Assembly: GCA_963815115.1 (NCBI GenBank)
Contig: CAWFFN010000007.1
Coordinates: 704,001 to 768,000 of the forward strand
Direction of reading: 5' to 3'
From: an uncultured delta proteobacterium
GTDB lineage: Bacteria > Desulfobacterota > Binatia > DP-6
Length of the DNA stretch: 64,000 nt
The notes beneath the pieces were generated by a model that ran no database searches, was not told where the DNA came from, and was given only the letters and a program-made list of their open reading frames with translations. Shown here piece by piece: positions 8,879 to 18,117 of the stretch. Position 1 is the first letter of the stretch. Every line of letters begins with the position of its first letter. The position numbers were made by a program, and so were the translations under genes.

Positions 8879-10096
8879 ATGCGGCGCTCCGTGACCGGCA
8901 GCCACGCGGCTGTGCGTCCCGCTCTCGTGGTCGCGCTCGCACGCGCGGCCGCCGGAGAGGCGCTCTCCCGCGACCAGGCGATCGCCCTGCTCGACGATCC
9001 GGCCTGCACCGACCCGCTGCTCGACGTCGCCGGCGCGCGGCGCGACGCGCAGTGGGGCAGCACGGTCACCTACTCCCCGAAGGTCTTCCTGCCCGTCACC
9101 AACCTCTGTCGCGACCGCTGCACCTACTGCACGTTCCGCAAGGACCCCGACGACCCCGACGCCTGGACCATGCTGCCGGCGGACATCGAGGCCTGGTCCG
9201 CGCGCGGCCGCACGCTCGGCTGCAAGGAGGCACTCCTCTGCCTCGGTGACAAGCCCGAGCTGGCCTTCCGGGGCTACCGGGCCACCCTCGCGACGCTCGG
9301 GCACCGCACCACCGCCGAGTACGTCGAGCGAGCCTCCGCCATCGCCCTCGCATGCGGGCTCCTGCCCCACACCAATGCCGGGCTCCTCACCCACGACGAG
9401 ATGGCCCGCCTGCGCGACGTCAACGTCAGCCTCGGGCTCATGCTCGAGAACGTGTCGCCGCGGCTCCGCGGGCGCGGTCAGGTGCACCAGTGGGCCCCGG
9501 ACAAGGAGCCCGCCCTTCGCCTTCGCATGCTGCGCGAGGCGGGCGAGCTGCGCATCCCGTTCACCACCGGGCTCCTGATCGGCATCGGCGAGACCACGGC
9601 GGAGCGCGTCGACACGCTGCTCGCCATTCGCGACCTGCAGCGGGCGCACGGGCACATCCAGGAGGTCATCGTCCAGAACTTCCGCGCCAAGCCCACCATC
9701 CCGCTGGCCGATGCGCCGGAGCCGAGCGCGGTGGATCTCGCCCGCACCATCGCCGTGGCGCGACTCCTCCTCGACCCGGAGGTGAGCGTGCAGGCGCCGC
9801 CCAACCTGTCGCCCGACGATCACGCGCTCCTGCTGCGCGCCGGCCTGAACGACTGGGGCGGCATCTCGCCGCTCACGCCCGACTACGTCAACCCCGAGGC
9901 GCCGTGGCCGCACGTCGCTGCGCTGGCCGCCACGTGCCGCAGCGCCGGCTACACGCTCGCCGAGCGACTCGCCATCTATCCCCGTTACATCGAGCAGCCG
10001 GGCTGGCTCGCGCCCGCGCTGCGACCGCACGTCGAGGCGCTGGCCGCCGAGGCGCGCCGCACCGCGCCGGTAGCGCTGGAGGCATCATCCGCATGA
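8879..10096 (+). CDS. cofG: FO synthase subunit CofG (radical SAM)
   Basis: TYSPKVFLPVTNLCRDRCTYCTF, LPHTNAG, IPFTTG, QAPPNL, NDWGGISP, VNPEAPWP; start may be GTG 8891. Confidence 0.93.
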   Translation: MRRSVTGSHAAVRPALVVALARAAAGEALSRDQAIALLDDPACTDPLLDVAGARRDAQWGSTVTYSPKVFLPVTNLCRDRCTYCTFRKDPDDPDAWTMLPADIEAWSARGRTLGCKEALLCLGDKPELAFRGYRATLATLGHRTTAEYVERASAIALACGLLPHTNAGLLTHDEMARLRDVNVSLGLMLENVSPRLRGRGQVHQWAPDKEPALRLRMLREAGELRIPFTTGLLIGIGETTAERVDTLLAIRDLQRAHGHIQEVIVQNFRAKPTIPLADAPEPSAVDLARTIAVARLLLDPEVSVQAPPNLSPDDHALLLRAGLNDWGGISPLTPDYVNPEAPWPHVAALAATCRSAGYTLAERLAIYPRYIEQPGWLAPALRPHVEALAAEARRTAPVALEASSA

Positions 10097-11349
10097 GCTG
10101 GTTCGACCCCTGGGACGCCATCGAGGCCGTTGCGCTGAACGACGACCCCGTCGAGCGGGCGATCGCCCGCGCCACCCCGGCCATCCGCCCGATCCTCGAC
10201 GGCGCGCTCACCCGCCGCGAGCCCAGCGTGGCCGACTGCGAGACGCTCCTCGGCGCCGAGGGCGACGACCTGGTCGCCCTGGTGCGCACGGCGGACACGA
10301 TCCGCGCCCAGGACGTCGGCGACGAGGTCACCTACGTCGTCAACCGCAACATCAACTTCACCAACGTCTGCTTCGTGAACTGTCAGTTCTGCGCCTTCAA
10401 GCGCCAGCGCTGGGAGTCGGACGCCTACACCCACGGCCTCGACGTCGTCCTCGGCAAGGTCGACGAGGCGATCGCGCGCGGGGCCACCGAGGTGTGCATG
10501 CAGGGTGGCATCAATCCCGACATGGAGGCGTTCACGTACCGGGACATCCTCGTCGCCATCAAGGCGCGCCACCCGCAGCTCCACGTCCACGCCTTCTCCC
10601 CGATGGAGATCATGTACGGGTCGCGACGGACGGGGCTCGCCTTCCCCGAGTACATCGCCATGCTGCGCGACGGCGGCCTCGGGTCGATTCCGGGCACGGC
10701 GGCCGAGATCCTCGACGACGAGGTGCGCGAGGTGCTGTCGCACAAGAAGGTGGACGTCCGCACCTGGGTCGAGATCATCACCACCGCGCACCGCCTCGGC
10801 GTGCCGACCACGTCGACGGTGATGTACGGCCACGTCGAGACCCCCGGCCACATCGCCCGGCACATCGACCTGCTCCGCTCGCTCCAGAAGGAGACCGGCG
10901 GCTTCACGGAGTTCGTTCCCCTCGGCTTCATCTGGGAGAACACCCAGCTCTACCGCGACGGCCGCGTCACGCCCCAGCCGAAGGGCCTGCGCGACCTTCG
11001 CATCTACGCGGCGAGCCGGCTGATGCTGCGGGGCTGGATCGACAACCTGCAGACGTCGTGGGTGAAGCTCGGCCACCGCCTGTCGCAGCTCACGCTCCGC
11101 GCGGGCTGCAACGACTTCGGCGGCACGTTGATGGAGGAGAGCATCTCGCGCGAGGCGGGTGCCGACGCGGGAGAGTACACCTCGGCGGAGGAGATCGAGG
11201 CGCTGGTGCGCGCCATGGGGCGCGCTCCCGTGCAGCGCACGACGCTCTACGGGCGGATCGGGGAGGACGGTGCCGCGCACGACCATCACGGTGCTGGCGG
11301 GTGGCGTGGGAGGAGCCCGCTTCCTGCGGGGCCTCTCGCGGCGCACTGA
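10093..11349 (+). CDS. cofH: FO synthase subunit CofH (radical SAM)
   Basis: VNRNINFTNVCFVNCQFCAF, PGTAAEIL, QTSWVKLG, NDFGGTLMEESISR; ATGA overlap with cofG. Confidence 0.92.
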   Translation: MSWFDPWDAIEAVALNDDPVERAIARATPAIRPILDGALTRREPSVADCETLLGAEGDDLVALVRTADTIRAQDVGDEVTYVVNRNINFTNVCFVNCQFCAFKRQRWESDAYTHGLDVVLGKVDEAIARGATEVCMQGGINPDMEAFTYRDILVAIKARHPQLHVHAFSPMEIMYGSRRTGLAFPEYIAMLRDGGLGSIPGTAAEILDDEVREVLSHKKVDVRTWVEIITTAHRLGVPTTSTVMYGHVETPGHIARHIDLLRSLQKETGGFTEFVPLGFIWENTQLYRDGRVTPQPKGLRDLRIYAASRLMLRGWIDNLQTSWVKLGHRLSQLTLRAGCNDFGGTLMEESISREAGADAGEYTSAEEIEALVRAMGRAPVQRTTLYGRIGEDGAAHDHHGAGGWRGRSPLPAGPLAAH

Positions 11350-12217
11350 TCCCCGGCGGCTCGCCATCATCGGCAACACCGGCGACGACGAGGAGTTCTT
11401 CGGGCTCCACGTCGCGCCCGACCTCGACACGGTGCTCTACACGCTCACCGGCCGGGCCGATCCGGATCGGGGCTGGGGCCTCGGCGGCGAGACCTTCGCG
11501 TGCCTGGGCGCCCTCGGCCGGCTCGGGGAGCCCACCTGGTTCCAGCTCGGCGACCGTGATCTGGCGACGCACCTGTGGCGGACCATGCACCTGCGGGCGG
11601 GGTGGCCGCTGTCCCGCGTCACCCGCGAGCTCGCGCGCCGCCACGGCTTGCGCGCCACGCTGCTCCCGATGAGCGACGATCGCGTGCGCACCTTCGTCCA
11701 CACCGAGTCGGGCCGCCTGCCCTTCCAGGCCTACCTGGTGCGCGGGCGTGGACGCGGCCGCGTGCGCCGCATCGAGATCGCCGGCGCGGCCCGCGCGCGT
11801 CCCGCCCCCGGGGTGCTCGCCGCGCTCGCTCACAGCCGAGCCATCCTGATCGCGCCCTCGAACCCGCTGGTCTCGGTCGGGCCGATCCTCGCCGTTCCGC
11901 CGATCCGTCGCGCCCTCACCCGCCGCCGCGCGCCGGCGGCGGCGATCTGCCCGCTGGTCGGTGGCCGACCCGTTCGCGGTCCGCTCCATCGGATGCTGCG
12001 CGGGCTCGGGATGGAGGTGTCCCCGCCGGGCATCGCTCGCCTCTATCGCGGGCTGATCGACTGCTTCGTGCTCGACGGGGCCGACGCACGCTGGACGACG
12101 GCGGTGCGCGCCCTCGGCATGCGGGTGCTGCTCACCGACACCCTGATGCACACGCCCGCCGACGCCGCCCGGCTTGCAGCCACCGTGCTGCGCGCGCTAG
12201 GCGTGGAGGCCACGTGA
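11270..12217 (+). CDS. cofD: 2-phospho-L-lactate/PEP transferase CofD/FbiA
   Basis: LAGGVGGARF, NTGDD, PDLDTVLYTL, WFQLGDRDLATH, PSNPLVSVGPIL; GGAGG before GTG 11270. Confidence 0.93.
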   Translation: MPRTTITVLAGGVGGARFLRGLSRRTDPRRLAIIGNTGDDEEFFGLHVAPDLDTVLYTLTGRADPDRGWGLGGETFACLGALGRLGEPTWFQLGDRDLATHLWRTMHLRAGWPLSRVTRELARRHGLRATLLPMSDDRVRTFVHTESGRLPFQAYLVRGRGRGRVRRIEIAGAARARPAPGVLAALAHSRAILIAPSNPLVSVGPILAVPPIRRALTRRRAPAAAICPLVGGRPVRGPLHRMLRGLGMEVSPPGIARLYRGLIDCFVLDGADARWTTAVRALGMRVLLTDTLMHTPADAARLAATVLRALGVEAT

Positions 12218-12257
12218 GTGGCCGACTTTCGATAGATTTGCGCGCCGGAGGCGCCGC

Positions 12258-13015
12258 GTGACAGTCGCCGTGATCCCGGTTCCGGGGCTGCCGATGATCC
12301 AGCCCGGCGACGATCTTGCCGCCCTCGTCGGCGACGCGATCGATGCGGCGCGCGTGGGGCTGAAGGCGCTCGACGTGGTCGTCGTGTGCCAGAAGGTCGT
12401 GTCCAAGGCCGAGGGGGCGATCGTCGACCTCGACGACGTCGAGCCCTCGGCCTTCGCGATCCATCTGACGTCGCGCACCGAGAGCGGGAAGGATCCCGTG
12501 CCTTCGAGGTCGTGCTGCGCGAGGCGGCGCGCATCGTCCGCATGGATCGCGGCCACGTGATCGTCGAGACCCGGCACGGCTGGGTGTGCGCCAACGCCGG
12601 GGTCGACGAGTCGAACGGGCTCGGGCCTGGCGTGCTCACCCTCCTGCCGCGCGATGCCGACGCGTCCGCGACGACGCTGCGCGAGCGCCTGGTGGAGCGC
12701 TTCGCGGTCGATCTCGCCGTCGTCGTCACCGACACGTTCGGGCGGCCGTGGCGCGAGGGCCTGGTCGAGGTGGCGCTCGGATGCGCCGGGATGGACCCGC
12801 TGCTCGACTTCCGCGGCCGCGGCGACCTGCACGGCAAGGAGCTCCATCACACCGTGGTGGCGCTGGCCGACGAGGTGGCCGCGGCCGCCGGGCTGGTGAT
12901 GGAGAAGGACAGCGGCGTCGCCGTGGCGATCGTGCGCGGGGTGCACTATTCACCGGGGCCGGGCGGGGCGGCGGCGCGGCTGGTGCGGAAAGCGGAGTTC
13001 GATCTGTTCCGCTAG
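12258..13015 (+). CDS. cofE: Coenzyme F420-0:L-glutamate ligase CofE, with an apparent frameshift at 12495-12497
   Basis: N-part PGDDL..KVVSKAEG and C-part CANAGVDESN..DTFGRPWR..ADE lie in different frames; one extra C in CCC restores GKDPRAFE. Confidence 0.88.
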
Positions 13016-13033
13016 TGGTCGCCGGGTGCGCTC

Positions 13034-13378
13034 CTACGCCACCATTCCTCGCGCACTCGGCACGTCGTGTGCGGCCAGGGGCATCGGCTCCTGGACCCGC
13101 TGCTTCCGGATCGCGCGCCGCAGCCGCCGAGGATCCAGATCGAGTCCCTCACACAGGTTCTCGAAGCTGAACGGCCACCGGCGATCCCTGCTGGCCACGT
13201 AGGCGACCGCAGCGCGGAGCTGGCGGGTCGTGGGCGACCCGTGGCCGGCGGCGCGCCGGTAGGCCGAGCCCCGAACGTCGTCCACCACCCCCTGCAACAC
13301 GGCCGCCATCAGCCGCCGCTCCGGCTCGGCCGTCAGGTCAGTCCTCGTCGCGTTTCGAGCAACGCTCTTCAGCTTCAC
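13034..13378 (-). CDS. Uncharacterised small helical protein (PERRLM...WPFSF.NLCE.L.LDP type), possibly DNA-binding
   Basis: Coherent motif PERRLMAAVL...WPFSFENLCEGLDLDPRRLR; start uncertain (GTG 13378). Confidence 0.7.
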   Translation of the reverse strand: MKLKSVARNATRTDLTAEPERRLMAAVLQGVVDDVRGSAYRRAAGHGSPTTRQLRAAVAYVASRDRRWPFSFENLCEGLDLDPRRLRRAIRKQRVQEPMPLAAHDVPSARGMVA

Positions 13379-13601
13379 GCCGGCCCTCACGCAACTCGGC
13401 CCAGAATCGGGCGCGCTTCTGCACGGAGTCTTCATGGGCGCGTGGGTCTGGCGTTCCGATCTCGGCACGACCGAGCCGCAGCGACCCGACCGTCCGCCGC
13501 AACGCCACTCTCTGCTCCGGGGCAGGCCCCGCGTTGCCAGCGCGTTGCCACACCCGCTCCCAGTGGCGCGCGGCCAGCGCACACCCAAGCCATATCCACA
13601 T
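13338..13601 (-). CDS. Hypothetical 87-aa protein
   Basis: Strong RBS GAGGAGGTG 7 nt before ATG; hydrophobic start MWIWLGCALAA and charged helix RARFWAELREGRREAE. Confidence 0.55.
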   Translation of the reverse strand: MWIWLGCALAARHWERVWQRAGNAGPAPEQRVALRRTVGSLRLGRAEIGTPDPRAHEDSVQKRARFWAELREGRREAEERCSKRDED

Positions 13602-13833
13602 CGGACGTCACCTCCTCGCAGCCTGGATCAGGCGCCGACGACGCGGAGGCCATTACCGCGGGGCGGTGGGATCATCTCTCGTACCCTGCCCGTGTTTCCG
13701 ACCAGGGCGAAGGTCACTGAGACGACTCGTTCATGACGCTACGCCCCGGCACCGCCGGCGTCAAACGACGCCGAAACGCCCGCGCCGCCGCGCCCGAACA
13801 AAACATGTGAGCACGCCCCGAGGCGATCGAGCA

Positions 13834-14460
13834 TCAGGAGGTGTGCGGTCCGGGCCACGCGCCGTTCGGATACCCGCCGGCGGCCGCGACCCGATGCCGC
13901 TCGGCCACGCGATCGGCGACGGACAGTACGGGCGTCGCCGTGGCTCCGCTGCCGTCCCGGATGCTGACCCGGATGCCCTGCCGGCCGAGGCGGGCAAACC
14001 GGTCCCGAACCCCGGCGAGGCCACCCGCGACGCTCCCCGCCACGGTGAGCTCCAGCCGCGATCCGCGGCCGGCGCGCACCGCGTCCTCCGTGATGGTCTC
14101 GGCAACGTACGGAGTGAGCCACGCCGTGCGCTCGACCGTGCCGCCCGGCCTGCCGACGCCGGGCACGATGCGGGCCCAGATGCGAGTCGGGGACTCGGCG
14201 CCGCGCGATTCCTCGCAGCGAGCTCCGATGAGGAGGTCGGTTGCACGGACGAGATCGCCAAAGCTGCGCACGCCGTCCAGGATGGGCTCCGGCACCTCGA
14301 TCGCGAACGCCGCCTCGAGCGCCATCGCCAGCTCGACGAGATCGAGCGAGTCGGCCGCCAGATCGTCACGCAGAGAAACCTCGGACGCCAGCTCATCCAC
14401 CCCGACGCCGAGATGGTCGGCGACCAGGCGACGCACGGTCAGTTCCATCGGCGCGCGCAT
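13834..14460 (-). CDS. Acyl carrier protein domain fused to an unknown C-terminal domain
   Basis: DDLAADSLDLVELAMALEAAFAIEVPE phosphopantetheine-site motif, followed by ~125 extra residues. Confidence 0.82.
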   Translation of the reverse strand: MRAPMELTVRRLVADHLGVGVDELASEVSLRDDLAADSLDLVELAMALEAAFAIEVPEPILDGVRSFGDLVRATDLLIGARCEESRGAESPTRIWARIVPGVGRPGGTVERTAWLTPYVAETITEDAVRAGRGSRLELTVAGSVAGGLAGVRDRFARLGRQGIRVSIRDGSGATATPVLSVADRVAERHRVAAAGGYPNGAWPGPHTS

Positions 14461-14856
14461 CTAGCGCTGGCCGAACCGGCGCCCCGTGTCTACCTGCTTT
14501 GCGCTCACCGCGACGGGGATGGCGTCGCCGAGGGAGCCGAGGCCGATCTTCGCTGCCGGGGCGACGCCGTTCGGACCACGGAGGCTCGCGACCGCCAGCC
14601 AGCCCTCAACGCCGCCGGACGTCGCGCGAACGCGGTAGCGGGCCCCCCGGAACCCGTTCGGCCGCCAGGCGATGATCTCCACCTCGGTGCCGTCGACGAG
14701 GTTCCCCAGCGCCTTGCTGCCGGCGTCGTCCGTCAGTGCCACGCGGGTCGGCTGGCCGCCCGAGCACGTCACAGAGACTCGCTGGCCGACTGCGAAGACG
14801 GGACCGCGGGGACGGACCGGAGCGGGTCCGCGGCGCGGGCCCCAGCTGAATGGCAT
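14461..14856 (-). CDS. SH3-like beta-barrel protein without signal peptide
   Basis: LVDGTEVEIIAW...YRVR...GVEGWLAVASL pattern; AAGGAG RBS; stop abuts the ACP-fusion start. Confidence 0.7.
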   Translation of the reverse strand: MPFSWGPRRGPAPVRPRGPVFAVGQRVSVTCSGGQPTRVALTDDAGSKALGNLVDGTEVEIIAWRPNGFRGARYRVRATSGGVEGWLAVASLRGPNGVAPAAKIGLGSLGDAIPVAVSAKQVDTGRRFGQR

Positions 14857-14934
14857 GGGTATCTCCTTGAGCGCGGCCTGAGTTGCATGCGAGCCGCGCG
14901 GAGGCCATCGGGCGCGGAGCGGGGCGAGGAGCCC

Positions 14935-14977
14935 AGGGTAGTCTCGTGCGTGCCGGCTGTCAACTTCGTCGACAGCC
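14935..14977 (-). promoter_or_regulatory. Sigma70 promoter with palindrome over the -35
   Basis: Minus strand TTGACA-17 nt-TACCCT (14963-14935); GGCTGTCAAC-TTC-GTCGACAGCC inverted repeat at 14955-14977. Confidence 0.65.
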
Positions 14978-15220
14978 AGCGGCTCAGTTTGCCTCTCGTA
15001 CTGCTTGATTTCTGGCAGGCAGCTCGCGGGCGCCGGCCTCGAGCGCCGCCGCCAGTGGCCGGCGAGGGACGACGCGGGGCGGTTGCCACCGTGCCCCGGC
15101 GACATCCGCCGGTGCGACATGCGCGTCACCGGGGGGCACGCGCCGCATCGGGTGCACCGCGGCGCCGCAGACCCTCCGCTTTCGCCCCATCCTGGCCTCG
15201 CGTAGAGTCTACAGGCCTGG

Positions 15221-16795
15221 ATGTACGAGGCCTTCTACGGATTCCGGGAGTCCCCGTTCCGGATCACCCCGGACCCGCGGTTCCTCTATCGCAATGGCGC
15301 GATCGACGAGGCGGTCGCCGCCCTCACCTATGGCGTCGAGCAACGCAAGGGCTTCCTGAGCCTCGTCGGCGAGGTGGGCACCGGGAAGACCACGCTCCTG
15401 CGCCACCTCCTCGACTCGGTCGCGCCGAGCACCCGCACCGTCCTCCTGCTCTACCCGACCGTCCAGTTCGAGGAGATGCTGGAGTACATCCTCCACGAGC
15501 TCGGCATCCCCACCGAGGGAGCCGGCAAGCTCGTGATGCTCCAGCGCCTGCACGAGTTCCTCCTCGAGCACACCGCGGCGGGTGGCAACGCCGCGCTGCT
15601 GATCGACGAGGCGCAGGACCTCGATGCCCGCGTCCTCGAGGAGCTCCGCCTGCTGTCCAATCTCGAGACCGGGACACAGAAGATCCTCCAGATCGTGCTC
15701 GCCGGCCAGCCGGAGCTCGAACGCAAGCTCGCCCAGCCCGACCTGCGACAGCTCCGCCAGCGCATCACGCTCCACGTGCGGCTGCGAACCTTCTCGCCGC
15801 GCGAGGTGGCCGCGTACGTCCGCGCCCGGCTGGAGCTGGCCGGCGCCAGCGACCTCTCCATCTTCGCACCCGACGCGCTGGAGCGGGTCGCGGAGGTGAC
15901 CCAGGGCATTCCCCGGCTCGTGAACGTGCTGTGCGACGCGTGTCTGGTGACCGGCTTTGCGACCGGCAGCCGCAGCATCACCCGCGCGCTGGTCGACGAG
16001 ACCTGGGCCGACTACGCAGCCCTCTCGGCACCTGCCGAGTCCGAGGCCGCATCGGCGCCCGCCTTTCCCGCCCCACCCGTGCCGCCCGAGCCCGCCGCCG
16101 CCGTGGTCCGCGACGACGCTGCACCGCTGGCACGCATCCCCCAGCCCGAGCCAGCTCGGAGTGCGGACGCCGTCCCACCGGCGGGCGCCGCCTCGGCACC
16201 CGAGCGGGCGCCGGCGCCGGCGGAGCCCGTCGACGCGGAGCCCGCTCCTTCGGGTCGGCCCCGCCGGCGGAGTCGCGGGCGGCGGGTCGCGATCTGGCTG
16301 GTGGCGATCGCGGCCTCGAGTGCCGCGCTCGCACTGTGGGCGATCCGCTCGGAGCGCTTGCCGCCGCTGTCCGCGCTCGCCGCGGCGCTGGCGCCGGCGA
16401 GGGCGCCGAGCCCCGAGGAGACGCGCACCGTGATCGAGGGCTTCCGTCAGGCCCACGAGCAGCGCGACGCGGCCCGCCTGGCGGCCCTCTTCGCGGCCGA
16501 TGCCACCAGCAACGGCCGGCAAGGCGCCGACGCGATCGCCGCCTCCTACCGCGCGCTGTTCGCCCGCCTGAGCCAGATATCGTACGCCCTCCCGGACGTC
16601 ACCGTCACGCCGGACGGCACCCGTACGATCGCGTCGGGTCCGTTCCGCATGAACTTCCACAGCGCCGACGGTGACGGCGACCTGCATGGCACCGTGCTCT
16701 GGACGCTCGAGCGTCGCCGTGGCGTGCCGCGCATCGTCTCCATGCGCTACACGTTCGACCCGGACAGCGGCGGCGATACCACCGCCGCCCGATAG
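15221..16795 (+). CDS. ExeA/GspA-like AAA ATPase with Pro-rich linker, TM helix and C-terminal SnoaL/NTF2-like domain
   Basis: YEAFYGFRESPFRITPDPRFLY, GEVGTGKT, IDEAQ, LEELRLLSNLET, GQPEL, GIPRLVN. Confidence 0.88.
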   Translation: MYEAFYGFRESPFRITPDPRFLYRNGAIDEAVAALTYGVEQRKGFLSLVGEVGTGKTTLLRHLLDSVAPSTRTVLLLYPTVQFEEMLEYILHELGIPTEGAGKLVMLQRLHEFLLEHTAAGGNAALLIDEAQDLDARVLEELRLLSNLETGTQKILQIVLAGQPELERKLAQPDLRQLRQRITLHVRLRTFSPREVAAYVRARLELAGASDLSIFAPDALERVAEVTQGIPRLVNVLCDACLVTGFATGSRSITRALVDETWADYAALSAPAESEAASAPAFPAPPVPPEPAAAVVRDDAAPLARIPQPEPARSADAVPPAGAASAPERAPAPAEPVDAEPAPSGRPRRRSRGRRVAIWLVAIAASSAALALWAIRSERLPPLSALAAALAPARAPSPEETRTVIEGFRQAHEQRDAARLAALFAADATSNGRQGADAIAASYRALFARLSQISYALPDVTVTPDGTRTIASGPFRMNFHSADGDGDLHGTVLWTLERRRGVPRIVSMRYTFDPDSGGDTTAAR

Positions 16796-16894
16796 GATCC
16801 GCCTCGCCGGCGCGATGCGCGCCGCCACGGCCGCACGCCGCGGAGGGCGCTCGCGGTTGAACTGCAAGGACAAACGTGGTCGATTTGTCGGTGC

Positions 16895-18064
16895 ATGTCG
16901 GCGCACCCCGCTCCGTCCGAGCAGTCCGCGCTCACCGATCAGCTCGTCGAGACCGTGCGGCGCTTCGTCGAGCGCGAGGTGATGCCCGTCGCGAGCAAGC
17001 TCGAGCACGCCAACGAGTATCCGCACGCCCTGGTCGAGCGCATGAAGGAGCTCGGTCTCTTCGGCGCCACCATCGCTCCCGAGTGGGGCGGCCTCGGACT
17101 CGACTTCTCGACCTATGCCCGCATCGTCGAAGAGGTCTGCCGCGGCTGGATGAGCCTCTCCGGGGTGCTCAACACCCACCTCATGTTCGCCTACGTGCTG
17201 CAGCGCTTCGGCACCCCGGCCCAGCAGGAGCGCTGGCTCCCGGCCATGGCGCGCGGCGAGCACCGGGCGGCGCTCTGCCTCACCGAGCCGCACGCCGGCA
17301 GCGACACGCAGCAGATCAGGACCACCGCGCGGCGCGACGGCGATGACTACGTGGTGAACGGCTCCAAGATGTTCATCACCAACGCGCGCACCGCGACCAT
17401 CTACTCGCTGCTCACCAAGACCGATCCCAGGGCCGACCCGCCCCACAAGGGGATGACCCTGTTCGCCGCCGAGCGCGGTCCCGGCCTCACCGTCGGCCGC
17501 GACATCGAGAAGATCGGCTACAAGGGCATCGAGACCTGCGAGGTCAGCTTCGAGGACTACCGCGTGCCCGCCGGCAACCTGATCGGCGGCGAGGAGGGTC
17601 GCGGGCTCCAGCAGGTGCTCTCCGGCCTGGAGGTCGGCCGCATCAACATCGCCGCGCGCGCGGTGGGCGTCGCGCAGGCGGCGTTCGAGTCCGCGATCCG
17701 CTACGCCCAGCAGCGCTCGACGTTCGGCAAGCCGATCTGCGAGCACCAGGCGATCCAGCTGAAGCTCGCCGACATGGCGACCAAGATCGAGGCGGCCCGG
17801 CTGCTCGTGCGCCAGGCAGCGGCCAAGAAGGACCGCGGCGAGCGCTGCGACCTCGAGGCCGGCATGGCGAAGCTGTTCGCGTCCGAGACCTGCCAGGAGG
17901 TCTCGCTCGAGGCGATGCGCATGCTCGGCGGATACGGCTACACGAAGGAGTTCCCCGTCGAGCGCTACTACCGCGACGCCCCGCTGATGATCATCGGCGA
18001 GGGCACGAACGAGATCCAGCGGCTGGTGATCGCCCGGGGGCTGGTGCAGCGCTACAAGATCTGA
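16895..18064 (+). CDS. Acyl-CoA dehydrogenase
   Basis: LTEPHAGSD, GSKMFITN, GGYGY, YYRDA, IGEGTNEIQR. Confidence 0.95.
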   Translation: MSAHPAPSEQSALTDQLVETVRRFVEREVMPVASKLEHANEYPHALVERMKELGLFGATIAPEWGGLGLDFSTYARIVEEVCRGWMSLSGVLNTHLMFAYVLQRFGTPAQQERWLPAMARGEHRAALCLTEPHAGSDTQQIRTTARRDGDDYVVNGSKMFITNARTATIYSLLTKTDPRADPPHKGMTLFAAERGPGLTVGRDIEKIGYKGIETCEVSFEDYRVPAGNLIGGEEGRGLQQVLSGLEVGRINIAARAVGVAQAAFESAIRYAQQRSTFGKPICEHQAIQLKLADMATKIEAARLLVRQAAAKKDRGERCDLEAGMAKLFASETCQEVSLEAMRMLGGYGYTKEFPVERYYRDAPLMIIGEGTNEIQRLVIARGLVQRYKI

Positions 18065-18117
18065 ATCCGAGCAGTTCACACGACCGCGGCGCGCGACACA
18101 GGGGGGAAGCGGTGAGG

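Noticed and set aside
11270-11349. 80-nt cofH/cofD overlap as a fusion or frameshift
   Set aside because: CofH motifs are complete before the overlap, and cofD has its own RBS and GTG.
13013-13037. GTAGGAGCGCACCCGG (minus strand), resembling a GTAG-type REP
   Set aside because: Single copy with no convincing hairpin, and it includes the stop codon of the adjacent gene.
13530-13550. CGCGTTGCCA direct repeat giving a GG-N10-GC sigma54-like motif on the minus strand
   Set aside because: Poor -12 element (TGGC), and it lies inside the probable 87-aa CDS.
13534-16674. Very long Arg/Pro/Ala-rich ORFs (1046 aa here; also 15209-18079, 27617-30427, 40343-43396)
   Set aside because: Shadow frames of real genes in high-GC DNA; no motifs.
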